A program made the position numbers and the translations under genes. From positions 736,001-800,000 of the forward strand of contig OZ219872.1 of assembly GCA_964291495.2 (NCBI GenBank): a stretch of DNA of 64,000 bases, in the 5' to 3' direction. Below are positions 30,477 through 40,053 of the stretch, in pieces. A model generated the notes under the pieces. It was not told the DNA's origin and did no database searches. It worked only from the letters and a program-made list of their open reading frames with translations. Each line of letters starts with the position of its first letter. The first letter of the stretch is position 1. This stretch comes from Dehalococcoidia bacterium. Lineage in GTDB: Bacteria > Chloroflexota > Dehalococcoidia > UBA2979.

Positions 30477-31748
30477 CTACGCCCCGGCGCCCGCGAGGAG
30501 CTGCGGCGGGATCGCGGGCTCGACGTCGTCGGGGATGCCCTCGATGACGGCGCGCTCCACCGTCTCGGCGGCGCGGTCGATGTCCACCTCGCTGTTGAAG
30601 GCGTGCAGCGAGAGCCGGACGCTGTTGAACTGCGCGACCGAGCGGCAGACGACCTTTGCCTCCTGCTGCAGGAAGGCGTTCACGTCGGCCGCCTCGAGGC
30701 CATCGACCGTGAAGCAGAACAGCCCCGTGCGCGTCGCGTCGTGGCGCGGGCTGACGACCGTCACGCCCTCGATGCGCCCGAAGCGCTGCTCGGCGTAGCG
30801 GTTGAGCGCGCGCGTTCGCTCGAAGACCGCCACCGGGCCGGAGTCGAGGTACCACTCGGCCGCCTCGATCGTGCCGGCGATCAGCGCCGTCGCCGTCGTC
30901 GTCAGTTCGTACTTCGTGATCTTCTCGCGCTCCGGCTCGAAGCCGCCCTCGAGGTCGTACTCCGCGGCGGCGCGGCCCGATACCTTCGTGGGCGCGACCA
31001 GCGGGATCAGATCCTCGCGCACGTAGAGCGCGCCCATGCCGTCGGGCCCGCACAGCCACTTGTGCGAGGGGATCGCGTAGAAGTCGACGCCGCTCTCCCG
31101 CACGTCGATCGGGATGTGCCCCGCGGTCTGCGCGCCGTCGACGAGCACGAGGCCGCCGCGGCGGTGCGTCTCCTCGACGATCGCGTTGAGCGGCAGCAGC
31201 TGCCCCGTCGAGTACGAGATCTCCGAGAGGATGACCAGCGTGATCGGACACTCCGCGCCGTCGAGGGCCGCGACGAACGACTCCAGCTGCTGCCCGGGCG
31301 AGTCCTGCGCGTCGATGGGCACGATCGCCAGTTCGCAGCCACGCGCCCGCTGGTAGTAGGCGGGCACGATGCCGGAGCCGTGTTCGACGCCGGTCGTCAC
31401 GACGCACTGCCCGGACTCGAGGCCGAGGCCGTTGACGACGATGTTGATGCCCTCGGAGGTGTTGCCGGTGATCGCGATCTCGTCCGGCGAGACGCCGCCG
31501 ACCAGCTGCCCCATGACCGTGCGGTAGCGTTCGGCCAGCTCGTAGCGGTCGTCGAGCGCGCGGCGCGATGTCGAGCCGTGTAGCAGCTCAAGGTCGAGGC
31601 GGCGCCGCATCGCGGCGTGGACGGCGATCCGTTCAGGTCCGGCGAAGCCGGAGTTCATGTAGGCGTACTCGCGCAGCGCGGGTGTCTGCTCGCGCCACTC
31701 GATCCAGCGCTGGTGCTCGTCCGCGGTCTCGCCGTCCGTCACGCGCAC
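30477..31748 (-). CDS. Class V PLP-dependent enzyme (cysteine desulfurase/CefD-like)
   Basis: NTSEGIN, EHGS, VDGAQTAGH, SHKWLCGP, RLSLHAFN; start may be 31742. Confidence 0.88.
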   Translation of the reverse strand: MRVTDGETADEHQRWIEWREQTPALREYAYMNSGFAGPERIAVHAAMRRRLDLELLHGSTSRRALDDRYELAERYRTVMGQLVGGVSPDEIAITGNTSEGINIVVNGLGLESGQCVVTTGVEHGSGIVPAYYQRARGCELAIVPIDAQDSPGQQLESFVAALDGAECPITLVILSEISYSTGQLLPLNAIVEETHRRGGLVLVDGAQTAGHIPIDVRESGVDFYAIPSHKWLCGPDGMGALYVREDLIPLVAPTKVSGRAAAEYDLEGGFEPEREKITKYELTTTATALIAGTIEAAEWYLDSGPVAVFERTRALNRYAEQRFGRIEGVTVVSPRHDATRTGLFCFTVDGLEAADVNAFLQQEAKVVCRSVAQFNSVRLSLHAFNSEVDIDRAAETVERAVIEGIPDDVEPAIPPQLLAGAGA

Positions 31749-31782
31749 CCCCTCACAGCCGACACGTTGGCTGGCTCCCCCG

Positions 31783-32718
31783 CTAGCGGAACTTCGGGAT
31801 GATGTCCTCGGCGATCTGCTGCAGGCCCTCCTTCGCCGCCTCGATCGTCGGCTGCCAGGCCTGGATGAAGACGTGGTCGATGCCCGCCTCGGCGAGCTGC
31901 TCGAGGTAGTCCGGGTCGGGCGCGCCGCCGGCGGAGAGCTCGATCGCGTCGGGGTCGCGGCCGGCCTGCTCGGCGGCCTCGCGCATCGCGTCCATGAACT
32001 CGAAGCCGTCGCTGGCCTGGTGGTAGCCGAGCGGCAGGTAGCCGGCGCCGTAGCGCCCGGCGCGGACGGCCGCCGCCTTCGTGTGGCCCCCGACGATCAG
32101 CGGGACGCCGCCCGGCTGGACCGGCTTGGGGTCGCAGCGGATCTCCGAGAACGAGACGAACTCGCCGTGGTAGCTGGCGACCTCGTTGTTCCAGATCTCC
32201 TGCATCGCCTCGATGTACTCGTCGCAGCGCCGCCCGCGGTTCGGCCAGGAGATGCCGAGCGCCTCGAACTCCTCGCGCAGCCAGCCGATGCCGATCCCCA
32301 GCTCGACGCGGCCGCCGGAGAGCGAGTCGAGCGTGCCCAGCTCCTTGGCAAAGAGCACCGGGTTGCGCTCCGGCAGGATCAGCACGCCGGTGCGCAGCTT
32401 GATGCGGTCGGTCGCGCCGGCGACGTAGGCGAGGGCGGTCATCGGCTCCGGGAAGGCGGCCTCGTCGTAGGGGTAGCGGCGGTACTCGCCGCCCTCGTAC
32501 TCCTGGTACGGGTAGCGCGAGCTGTAGGAGGCGGGAATCACGACGTGGTCCGGGAACCAGATCGAGTCGAAGCCCAGCTCCTCGGCATGGCGGGCGCACT
32601 CGCGCAGGTAGCCGGGCGAGGTGACGCTCGCGGCCTCGTCGCCGAAGTCCGAGGCCGAGCGGCCGCCGGCGGCGTAGGGCAGGTTCGGCGGGTTGATCAG
32701 GTACGCGCCGAACTTCAT
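31783..32718 (-). CDS. LLM-class probable F420-dependent oxidoreductase
   Basis: AEELGFDSIWFPDHV, TGVLILPERNP, LDSLSGGR, GIGWLREEF, PKPVQ. Confidence 0.9.
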   Translation of the reverse strand: MKFGAYLINPPNLPYAAGGRSASDFGDEAASVTSPGYLRECARHAEELGFDSIWFPDHVVIPASYSSRYPYQEYEGGEYRRYPYDEAAFPEPMTALAYVAGATDRIKLRTGVLILPERNPVLFAKELGTLDSLSGGRVELGIGIGWLREEFEALGISWPNRGRRCDEYIEAMQEIWNNEVASYHGEFVSFSEIRCDPKPVQPGGVPLIVGGHTKAAAVRAGRYGAGYLPLGYHQASDGFEFMDAMREAAEQAGRDPDAIELSAGGAPDPDYLEQLAEAGIDHVFIQAWQPTIEAAKEGLQQIAEDIIPKFR

Positions 32719-32866
32719 CGCTCACCTCCGCTCGCCGTGCCGCCCCTCGGAAGGCGCGCCGTGCGCGATGGTAGCCGATGGCTGCGGCAGCGGGAGCCTC
32801 GGGAGCGCCGCGCGTTGACGAGCGAGGGCGCGCGGCGCTTAATGGTGCCCCTGCCGGAGCAGCGAT

Positions 32867-32941
32867 GCGGGAGTAGCTCAGGGGTAGAGCATCTGCTTCC
32901 CAAGCAGAGGGTCGTGGGTTCGAATCCCATCTCCCGCTCCA
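32867..32941 (+). tRNA. tRNA-Gly (anticodon CCC)
   Basis: GCGGGAG/CTCCCGC acceptor stem, TCTGC-TTCCCAA-GCAGA anticodon arm, GTTCGAATC T-loop, encoded CCA. Confidence 0.97.
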
Positions 32942-32994
32942 CCTTCGTGGTGGCCCGGTCTCCGCACGCTCCTCCGAGACGATCGGCCAGGCGA

Positions 32995-34125
32995 GTGATC
33001 GAGATTCCCGAGACCTGTCGGGCCGCGCTGCTGGTGGGGCGCGGCCAGCCGCTCGAGATCGGCGACGTGACGGTCCCGGCGCGGCTCGAGCCGAACGCGA
33101 TCCTCGTCCGCCACCTCGTCGCGACGATCTGCGCCACGGACGGCCACGTCCAGCACGGCGACACGCAGGCCTCGCACGACCGCTACCCGCGCGTCCTCGG
33201 GCACGAGATGGTCGGCCGCGTGGTCCGGCTGGGCGAGGGCGTCACCCACGACTCGATCGGCCGGCCGCTCGCCGTCGGCGATCGCATCGTCTACACGCAC
33301 GGCTTCTGCGGGCAGTGCCACCAGTGCGTCGTCGCGCACGAGCCGACGCTGTGCGAGCACCGGCGCGGCTACACGCAGACTCTGAGCACCGAGTTCCCCC
33401 ACCTCACCGGAGGATTCGCCGAGTACGGCTACGTCTTCCCGACGGCCGGACGCGTGCGCGTGCCGGACATCGTGCCCGACGAGCTCGCCTCGGCCGCCTC
33501 GTGCGCGCTGCGCACCGTGGTCCACGGCTTTGATCGCCTGGGCCGGATCCGGGACACGGACCGCGTGGCGATCCAGGGCTCCGGGCCGCTCGGGCTCTTC
33601 GCGACGGCGCTCGCGGTCCGCTCGGGCGCGCCGGCCGTGATCGTGATCGGCGGCCCCGCGGAGCGCCTCGCGGTCGCGCGACACTGGGGCGCCACGCACA
33701 CGCTCGACATCGGCGAGCTGCCCGATCCCGCCGAGCGGCGCGCCCGGATCCTCGATTGGACCGAGGGGCGGGGCCCCGAGGTGGTGATCGAGGTCTCGGG
33801 TGCCCGCAGCGCGTTCCCGCAGGGCATCGACCTGATCGGGCGCGGTGGCCGCTACCTCGTGCTTGGGCAGCGCCACAACGAGGCGGTGGAGGTGCGCCCA
33901 GCGGACATCACGGGCAAGCACCTCAAGGTCATCGGCTCGATCTCGGCCGGCGTCGAACACTACGCACGCGCGCTCGACTTCCTCGCGCACAACCGGGAGC
34001 GCTTCCCCTGGATGGACCTGATCTCGAACCGCTACCGGCTGGAGGAGATCAACGTCGCCCTGGAGCGGATGCGCGAGTGGCGCGAGATCAAGGCGGCGAT
34101 CGTGCTGGACGAGCGGCGCGACTAG
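32995..34125 (+). CDS. Zinc-dependent medium-chain alcohol dehydrogenase
   Basis: ICATD, GHEMVG, CGQCHQC..C, GSGPLG; GTG start. Confidence 0.9.
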   Translation: MIEIPETCRAALLVGRGQPLEIGDVTVPARLEPNAILVRHLVATICATDGHVQHGDTQASHDRYPRVLGHEMVGRVVRLGEGVTHDSIGRPLAVGDRIVYTHGFCGQCHQCVVAHEPTLCEHRRGYTQTLSTEFPHLTGGFAEYGYVFPTAGRVRVPDIVPDELASAASCALRTVVHGFDRLGRIRDTDRVAIQGSGPLGLFATALAVRSGAPAVIVIGGPAERLAVARHWGATHTLDIGELPDPAERRARILDWTEGRGPEVVIEVSGARSAFPQGIDLIGRGGRYLVLGQRHNEAVEVRPADITGKHLKVIGSISAGVEHYARALDFLAHNRERFPWMDLISNRYRLEEINVALERMREWREIKAAIVLDERRD

Positions 34126-35492
34126 CCGGCCTCGGCGGGGACGTCACCCTCCGCAATCATCGCGCGCAGGGAGGCCACGAGCGCCTCGGCGAGCCGTTCC
34201 AGCTCCAGGTCGCCCATCGGCGTCGAGATCGAGCAGAGCGCCTGGTGCTCCCAGATCGAGACGCCGCGGTTGAGCATGTGCCCCTGGAGGCGTCGCACGC
34301 GCGCTCGCTCCTCGGGGCTCCAGCGGGCGCTGCGGTAGCCCCGGATCGGCCGCGTGCTCAGGTGCGGCCGGAACAGCGAGCCGACACCGAGCACCTGTCC
34401 GGGGTAACCGGTGACGGCGAAGGCCTCGCGCACCAGCTCGCGAGCCCGGACGCCGAGCGCGTTGATTCGCTCGACTTCGTCCGCCGTGAGCAGCTCGAGC
34501 GCCGCCGCCCCCGCGGCGGTCGACAGCGGGTTCGCCGCGTAGGTCCCTCCGAACGTGAGCGTCGGCCCGGTCGCGGTATCGAATACGTCCATGAAGTCGG
34601 CGGGGCCGGCGACGGCGCCGATCGGGAGGCCGCCGCCGATGATCTTGCTGAGGCAGGTGAGGTCCGGCGTCACGCCGTAGAGGCCCTGCGCCCCGCCGTG
34701 GCTCAGCCGGAAGGCGATCACCTCGTCGAAGACGAGCAGGCTGCCGTCGCCGCGCGTGTACTCGCGCAGCATGGCCAGGAACCCGGGCGACGGGACGGTC
34801 GGGCCCGTGCGCGGGGCGAACGGGTCGATCACCACGCAGGCCAGCTCACCGGCGCGGCGCTCGAGGATCGCCCGTGCGCGCTCCGTCTCGTTGTAGGGAA
34901 GCACGACCACCGCATCGGTCACGCTGCGCGGCGTGCCCGGCTGGGCGACGGGGCTGGGGTCGCCCTCGCCCCAGTCCTCGGGCTCCGGCTCAACCGAGAT
35001 GTCGACAAAGTCGGAACGGCCGTGGTACGCGCCCTCGAACTTGGCGATCTTCGCGCGGCCGGTCAGCGCGCGTGCGGCGCGCACGGCCATCAGCACCGCC
35101 TCGGTGCCGGTCACGCAGAAGCGGATGCGGTCGAAGGCCGCCACGCGATCGCAGATCAGCTCGGCCAGGCGCTGCTCGTGCTCGTTGGAGAAGTTCGAAC
35201 CCGTACCGCGCGCAGCTTGCTTCGTGATCGCCTCGACGATGCGCGGGTGCGCGTGTCCGTGTACGAGGGCGGTCGAGTGGTTGTTGAAATCGAGCACCTC
35301 GTTGCCGTCGACGTCGGTCAGGCGCGCCCCGCTGCCGCTCGCGGCGAAGAGGGGGTGCGCCCACCCGCCCTCCGCCGCCGGCGCGCGAGCGCCGACGCGG
35401 CTGGTTCCGCCCGAGATCAGGCGGCTGGCGCGCTCCGTCAGCTCAGCCGATCCGGCGTAGCGCCTGCCCTCGCCGCTCGCTGCTCGTTCCAC
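34122..35492 (-). CDS. Class III aminotransferase (glutamate-1-semialdehyde aminomutase-like)
   Basis: DVDGNE, GTEAV, KFEGAYHG, FDEVI, SKIIGGGLPIGA, GTYAANP; start uncertain. Confidence 0.88.
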   Translation of the reverse strand: MERAASGEGRRYAGSAELTERASRLISGGTSRVGARAPAAEGGWAHPLFAASGSGARLTDVDGNEVLDFNNHSTALVHGHAHPRIVEAITKQAARGTGSNFSNEHEQRLAELICDRVAAFDRIRFCVTGTEAVLMAVRAARALTGRAKIAKFEGAYHGRSDFVDISVEPEPEDWGEGDPSPVAQPGTPRSVTDAVVVLPYNETERARAILERRAGELACVVIDPFAPRTGPTVPSPGFLAMLREYTRGDGSLLVFDEVIAFRLSHGGAQGLYGVTPDLTCLSKIIGGGLPIGAVAGPADFMDVFDTATGPTLTFGGTYAANPLSTAAGAAALELLTADEVERINALGVRARELVREAFAVTGYPGQVLGVGSLFRPHLSTRPIRGYRSARWSPEERARVRRLQGHMLNRGVSIWEHQALCSISTPMGDLELERLAEALVASLRAMIAEGDVPAEAG

Positions 35493-35554
35493 GCCCCTCG
35501 TTCTACATGCAATCGCGGCTGCGCGGCAGCCGCGGGCTCCGCTACCCTCGATCC

Positions 35555-35896
35555 ATGAGCGACGCATCCGAAGCCGCGCCGGCCACGACCGTGGTCACCG
35601 TCTACCCGATGACCGGGCGCCAGCTGTTCTTCAACGTCCCGCACGCCGTCTGCGAGGAGTGCGACCTCACGGTCCGCCTCGTCCAGCGCGTGGCCGAGGA
35701 CCTGCCCGACGTCGAGGTGCGCATCAAGCCGTGGTTCAACTACCTCTTCGACGCGCTGCGCCGCGGCGGCTGGCACCCGCCCGTGGTGACGATCAACGGC
35801 AAGATCAGCACGCAGGGCGTCGTGCCCGACGAGGCCGAGCTGCGCGACGCCCTCGCGAGCGCGGCCCGCGCTCCCGCCGCCGCCGATGGGGCCTGA
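35555..35896 (+). CDS. Thioredoxin/glutaredoxin-like protein
   Basis: CEEC, HPPVVTING; TACCCT 6 nt before the ATG. Confidence 0.7.
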   Translation: MSDASEAAPATTVVTVYPMTGRQLFFNVPHAVCEECDLTVRLVQRVAEDLPDVEVRIKPWFNYLFDALRRGGWHPPVVTINGKISTQGVVPDEAELRDALASAARAPAAADGA

Positions 35897-36803
35897 TCGC
35901 ACGAACCTTCCCGCGGACGCAACCGCCGAGGCGCCACGCACCCTGCTCGGCGGCTACCTGGCCGTCGGCTCCACCCGCGAGTGGCTCCGGGCCTGGGTGG
36001 CCGCGCTCGTCCTGCTCGGCCCGGCGAGGCTCGTCCTGTGGCTCGCCACGCTGCCTCGCAGCCGGGCGGCCTGCCGAGCCGCCGAGCGCTGGGCCGCCCG
36101 CCTCGCCGCCCGCCTGATTGGGCTGCGTATCGAGGTCAGTGGCCTCGAGCACATCAACCCGGGCGAGCGCTACGTCGTCGCCTCGCTGCACGAGGGCTTC
36201 GCCGACGGGTTCGCCCTGCTTCGGCTCCCGCTCTCGCTCACCGCAGTCGCGCGCGACGAGCTCGCGACGTTCCCGCTGCTCGGCGGACGGCTGGCGCGAG
36301 GGCGGCACCTGCTGATCCGCCCCGAGCGCCCCATCGCTGGCGCCCGCGCGCTGCGGCGCGGCGCCCTCGAGGCGATCGAGGCCGGCGACAGCCTGCTGCT
36401 CTTCCCGCAGGGCTCGATCCTCGGCATCGAGCTGGCGTTTCAGCCGGGCGCCTTCCAGCTCGCGGGCCGCCTCGGCCGGCCGCTGCTGCCGGTCGTGGTC
36501 ACGGGAGGCCACCGCGTGTGGGAGCACCCGTTCAGCGCCACGCTGCGCTTCGGGCAGTCGATCAGCGTCGTCGTGCTCCCGTCCGTCCCGCCACACGAGG
36601 CCGTCCCGCGGCGGGCTGAGATCGAGCGGCGCATGAAGCAGATCGCCCTCGAAAGCCCCACGCCGCCGCGGCACTTCGACCCGGACCGCGACGGCTACTG
36701 GGACGACTACCGCTACGAGATCGACCCCGCGTTCCCCAACCTCGCCGAGCGCGTCGCCGACCATCGCAGCGGCGCCGAGGGCGCCCTCGCCCGCGGGCCC
36801 TGA
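35886..36803 (+). CDS. Lysophospholipid acyltransferase family (PlsC-like)
   Basis: HEGFAD (HX4D), LLFPQG, LLPV. Confidence 0.82.
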   Translation: MGPDRTNLPADATAEAPRTLLGGYLAVGSTREWLRAWVAALVLLGPARLVLWLATLPRSRAACRAAERWAARLAARLIGLRIEVSGLEHINPGERYVVASLHEGFADGFALLRLPLSLTAVARDELATFPLLGGRLARGRHLLIRPERPIAGARALRRGALEAIEAGDSLLLFPQGSILGIELAFQPGAFQLAGRLGRPLLPVVVTGGHRVWEHPFSATLRFGQSISVVVLPSVPPHEAVPRRAEIERRMKQIALESPTPPRHFDPDRDGYWDDYRYEIDPAFPNLAERVADHRSGAEGALARGP

Positions 36804-36901
36804 CCCTCACCCCGAGCTACGCACCGGCTGAGGCACGCGAGTGTGCCGCTTCCCCTGCGTGAGCGGCGGTGGCAGACTCAGCGGCACACGGAGGCCAGCC
36901 C

Positions 36902-37339
36902 ATGGTCCGCTTCGCACCGCTGCTGCTCCTCGTCGCGCTCGCCGCTGCCGCCTGCGGCGGCTCGCTGAGCGTCGAGGAGTACGAGGAGTGGTGCCGCGAG
37001 AGCGCCGCGGAGTACCAGCCGTTCGCCGACGGCAACAGCTGGCGCGAGGCAACCTCGCAGCTCGACCGCTTGCTCGAGGAGGCGCAGGGAATCGAGCCGC
37101 CCCAGGAGCTGCTTGGCTACCACGAGGCGAGCATCACCGCGATCGCCGACCTCAAGGCGGTGGTCGAGACGTTCGATCCCGACGCAACCGTCAACGTGTT
37201 CCAGTTCATCGACGCGCTGATCGCGGCTACCGGGCAGTTCGAGGCGGCCTCGGACCAGCTCCCGAGCGGCCTGCGCCGCGGCATCGAGGACGCAGGTTGC
37301 ATCGCGGTCGCCGAGCCGGAGGCGTTGGAGCACCAGTAG
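36902..37339 (+). CDS. Small lipoprotein, hypothetical
   Basis: GGAGG RBS, LAAAAC lipobox, host-like codons. Confidence 0.7.
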   Translation: MVRFAPLLLLVALAAAACGGSLSVEEYEEWCRESAAEYQPFADGNSWREATSQLDRLLEEAQGIEPPQELLGYHEASITAIADLKAVVETFDPDATVNVFQFIDALIAATGQFEAASDQLPSGLRRGIEDAGCIAVAEPEALEHQ

Positions 37340-37418
37340 GCCGCCGGAGCTGCCTCGGGAGCACGCGGTGGCAGACAACTGGTGCTCTGCGCGTATACTC
37401 CCCCTCAAGGAGCTGCGC

Positions 37419-39143
37419 ATGACGACCGCCGCGTCCGACCGCAAGGACGCCCGGACCGAGGCGATGTACGCCGCCCTCGAGGAGGGCATGATCTCCCGCG
37501 ACCAGGAGAAGGCGTCCGATGTCCTCTACGATCTGATCCGCGCCGGGCGGCCGCTGGACGAGCTGCTGCTGGAGACGGTGCGCATCCACGGCCCCTACAC
37601 CCAGGCGCCCTTCCACCAGCGCCTCGACGACGGCTTCGTGCGCTTCGTCAACAACGACCACTGCCTGCTCAGCGGCCGCCTCGCCCTGCGTATGCCGGAG
37701 GTGCTCTCGAAGCAGCATCGCTTCCTGCCGATCGCGCAGACGATGTGGTACGTGCCCACCGGCCTCGATGCCTGGAACCAGCTGCTCGGCAAGGCGCCCG
37801 GGCACTACGGCCGCAGGCGTTACGACCCGGTTCGCTATCCCGTACCGCCGGCCCCCGAGATCTACAACCTGGACGTGCCCGCGCTGGAGCACCCCGAGGA
37901 GCTCGGCAACCTCGACGCACAGCTCAACGAGTGGCTGACGCTGGTCATGCGCAACCAGGCCGGACCGGCCTTCAGCCTGCTCAAGGGGATGCTGCGCGAC
38001 CCGGCCAACCGCGAGCGCGTGGCCGCGCAGATGGTGTTCGCGGGGCTGATCGACATCCAGGACCGCATGCTCTACGTGACCAGCTACACGACGGGCCACA
38101 AGTCCTTCCGCGCCCGCGCCACCGTCGAGCTCGCCGACGCCGTCGGCTGGGATCGCGCGGACCCGATCATCTACGCCGGCGCACCCGACCTCGCCGTCGG
38201 TCCGCACTACTACGCGAACTACGAGATGGCCTGCCGCGTGCTGATGACCGAGCTGGACGACGACCCGCCGATCTCCACGCTGGCCGCCACGCCCGAGTCC
38301 ACCCGCGACTCCGAGCTGTTCGCGCAGGAAGCCGACCTCTCGATCGCGGAGCGCGAGGGGCTGAAGCACGCGGTGCTGCGCGAGCCGGACCCGGCGTACA
38401 TCCACATGATCACCGGCCTGCTCCAGTCCGGCCGCTCCCCGAAGAAGATCCTGGACACGATCCAGATCGCCGCCGCGCAGGTCGTCCTCGAGGCCGGCGA
38501 GCCCGAGAACTTCGGGATGCCGCAGCACTGCTACGAGTACACGAACACGCTCGCCTGGTTCTACGGGCGCTTCAGGCACCGCCACCGCACCAAGCTGCTC
38601 TACGTGGCCGGCTCCTTCGTCAACCAGGCCGCGATGAAGCTGCGCAACACGCCGGGCAACGGCCGCCCGCTGCTGCGCGCCCCCGCCGGCTCCGACCGGC
38701 TCTCCCGCAACCAGGTGCTGCGCGAGCTTGAGGCGGCCACGGACCGGCTCGAGCCGGACGAGGCCGCCAGCTGGGTGCAGGCCTACCTCGACGGCGGCTA
38801 CGAGCGCCGCCCGCTGCTCGACTCGCTGGCAATGAGCGCCGCGAAGCACGGCAACGACCCGCACAACCAGGAGCTCGGCTTCGCGTTCCTCGAGGACTAC
38901 GCGCGCACCAGCTCGCCCGACCGCGACCGCCTGCTCCTCGCCTGCGCCAAGCACACGGCCGGGCACCGCAAGTACGGCGACTCCCTGGAGCTCTACTACC
39001 GCTACAGCGAGGCGTTCGGCCTCGACGCCCACGGGACCAGCCAGGGCGACGGCGACCCGATCGAGGCGGCCCTCGACGACATCGAGGAGATCCCGGTCGA
39101 CGAGCTGCCGGCCAGCGAGCGGAGTCCCGCGCCCGCGGACTAG
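37419..39143 (+). CDS. Hypothetical helical-repeat protein with spaced His motifs (possibly questin-oxidase-like)
   Basis: TATACT and AAGGAG upstream; NDH, TTGH, PQH, DPH segments; strong host codon bias. Confidence 0.75.
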   Translation: MTTAASDRKDARTEAMYAALEEGMISRDQEKASDVLYDLIRAGRPLDELLLETVRIHGPYTQAPFHQRLDDGFVRFVNNDHCLLSGRLALRMPEVLSKQHRFLPIAQTMWYVPTGLDAWNQLLGKAPGHYGRRRYDPVRYPVPPAPEIYNLDVPALEHPEELGNLDAQLNEWLTLVMRNQAGPAFSLLKGMLRDPANRERVAAQMVFAGLIDIQDRMLYVTSYTTGHKSFRARATVELADAVGWDRADPIIYAGAPDLAVGPHYYANYEMACRVLMTELDDDPPISTLAATPESTRDSELFAQEADLSIAEREGLKHAVLREPDPAYIHMITGLLQSGRSPKKILDTIQIAAAQVVLEAGEPENFGMPQHCYEYTNTLAWFYGRFRHRHRTKLLYVAGSFVNQAAMKLRNTPGNGRPLLRAPAGSDRLSRNQVLRELEAATDRLEPDEAASWVQAYLDGGYERRPLLDSLAMSAAKHGNDPHNQELGFAFLEDYARTSSPDRDRLLLACAKHTAGHRKYGDSLELYYRYSEAFGLDAHGTSQGDGDPIEAALDDIEEIPVDELPASERSPAPAD

Positions 39144-39273
39144 CTGTACCGCCCACAGAGGTGTGAGACACGGCTGAGGGGCTCGCGTCGTCGGTGCCTC
39201 GTCACGCTCGGTCTCGCCACTGCGAACGCTCGCCGCTCCGCCCCGCCGATGGGGCTATACTCAGCCGTGGGGT

Positions 39274-40053
39274 ATGGCAATGGTGAGCGTGGACGCGTGG
39301 CGTGACAACCTGAGTGCTGGCCTCTTCTTGGCCGAGCTGCCATACGGCGCACCCCTCGACGACATCCTCACGCAGGCGCTCGGCTATGACCCGGATGCGA
39401 GCGGCCCGGTTGGGCAAAGGGAACGATACGAGCGACGGTTCCGGCGGGCCCAGGACCTCGGGCAGACTAAGTACCACGAACGGACCCCCGGCTACTTCAC
39501 GATTCACGCGCAGCCCTTCGGCAGTACCTTTCTCTATCGAGCGGTCTGGTATGTCTGGACGAATCCCGAGTCGCGCGTGAATCAGGCTGTGCTCGTCGCG
39601 GATGCCGACTTTGCTGCGGCACGGCACCGACGCGAGAGAGACTTGGCGACTCGTGAGCGGAATGTCCGCGGGCTGGCGGCTGCTGACGATCTGAACCAGT
39701 GGGGTCAGGCAATCGCACGAGGAGACGATCGATCGGCGCTCGCCATCGAGGCCTCGATGGTTGAGGGGGGCACCCTCGGTGAACTTCTGACAAACCGGTT
39801 CGGTCTCCCCTTCGCAGAGGTGGGGCCGGTGCTGGAGCAGATCGCTCAGGGGAACCCCTTCTCCAACGTGCACTTTGATTTCGAACGAGACGCGAAGAAG
39901 CTGCGTCGGCTTCAAGCCGAAGTCCGCAAGGTGGAGAGCCGAGTCGGAGAGAGATTGATCAGGTTGGTTAACCTCAGGACAGGGCTTCCGGCAGACGCGC
40001 AGGATCGCGCACTCGCTGATGCCAGGCACAGGCTCGAGCAGATCGCTGGATGA
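39274..40053 (+). CDS. Hypothetical protein, translationally coupled to the ParB-like gene
   Basis: TATACT at 39256-39261; ATGA overlap with 40050; atypical codon usage; C-terminal coiled-coil-like segment. Confidence 0.7.
   Translation: MAMVSVDAWRDNLSAGLFLAELPYGAPLDDILTQALGYDPDASGPVGQRERYERRFRRAQDLGQTKYHERTPGYFTIHAQPFGSTFLYRAVWYVWTNPESRVNQAVLVADADFAAARHRRERDLATRERNVRGLAAADDLNQWGQAIARGDDRSALAIEASMVEGGTLGELLTNRFGLPFAEVGPVLEQIAQGNPFSNVHFDFERDAKKLRRLQAEVRKVESRVGERLIRLVNLRTGLPADAQDRALADARHRLEQIAG

Noticed and set aside
32867-32941. tRNA-Gly as an island integration site
   Set aside because: No duplicated tRNA 3' end or integrase was seen downstream within the window
34122-35492. hemL assignment
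   Set aside because: GSA-like motifs are present, but there is no tetrapyrrole context and paralogs are common, so it is left as a class III aminotransferase
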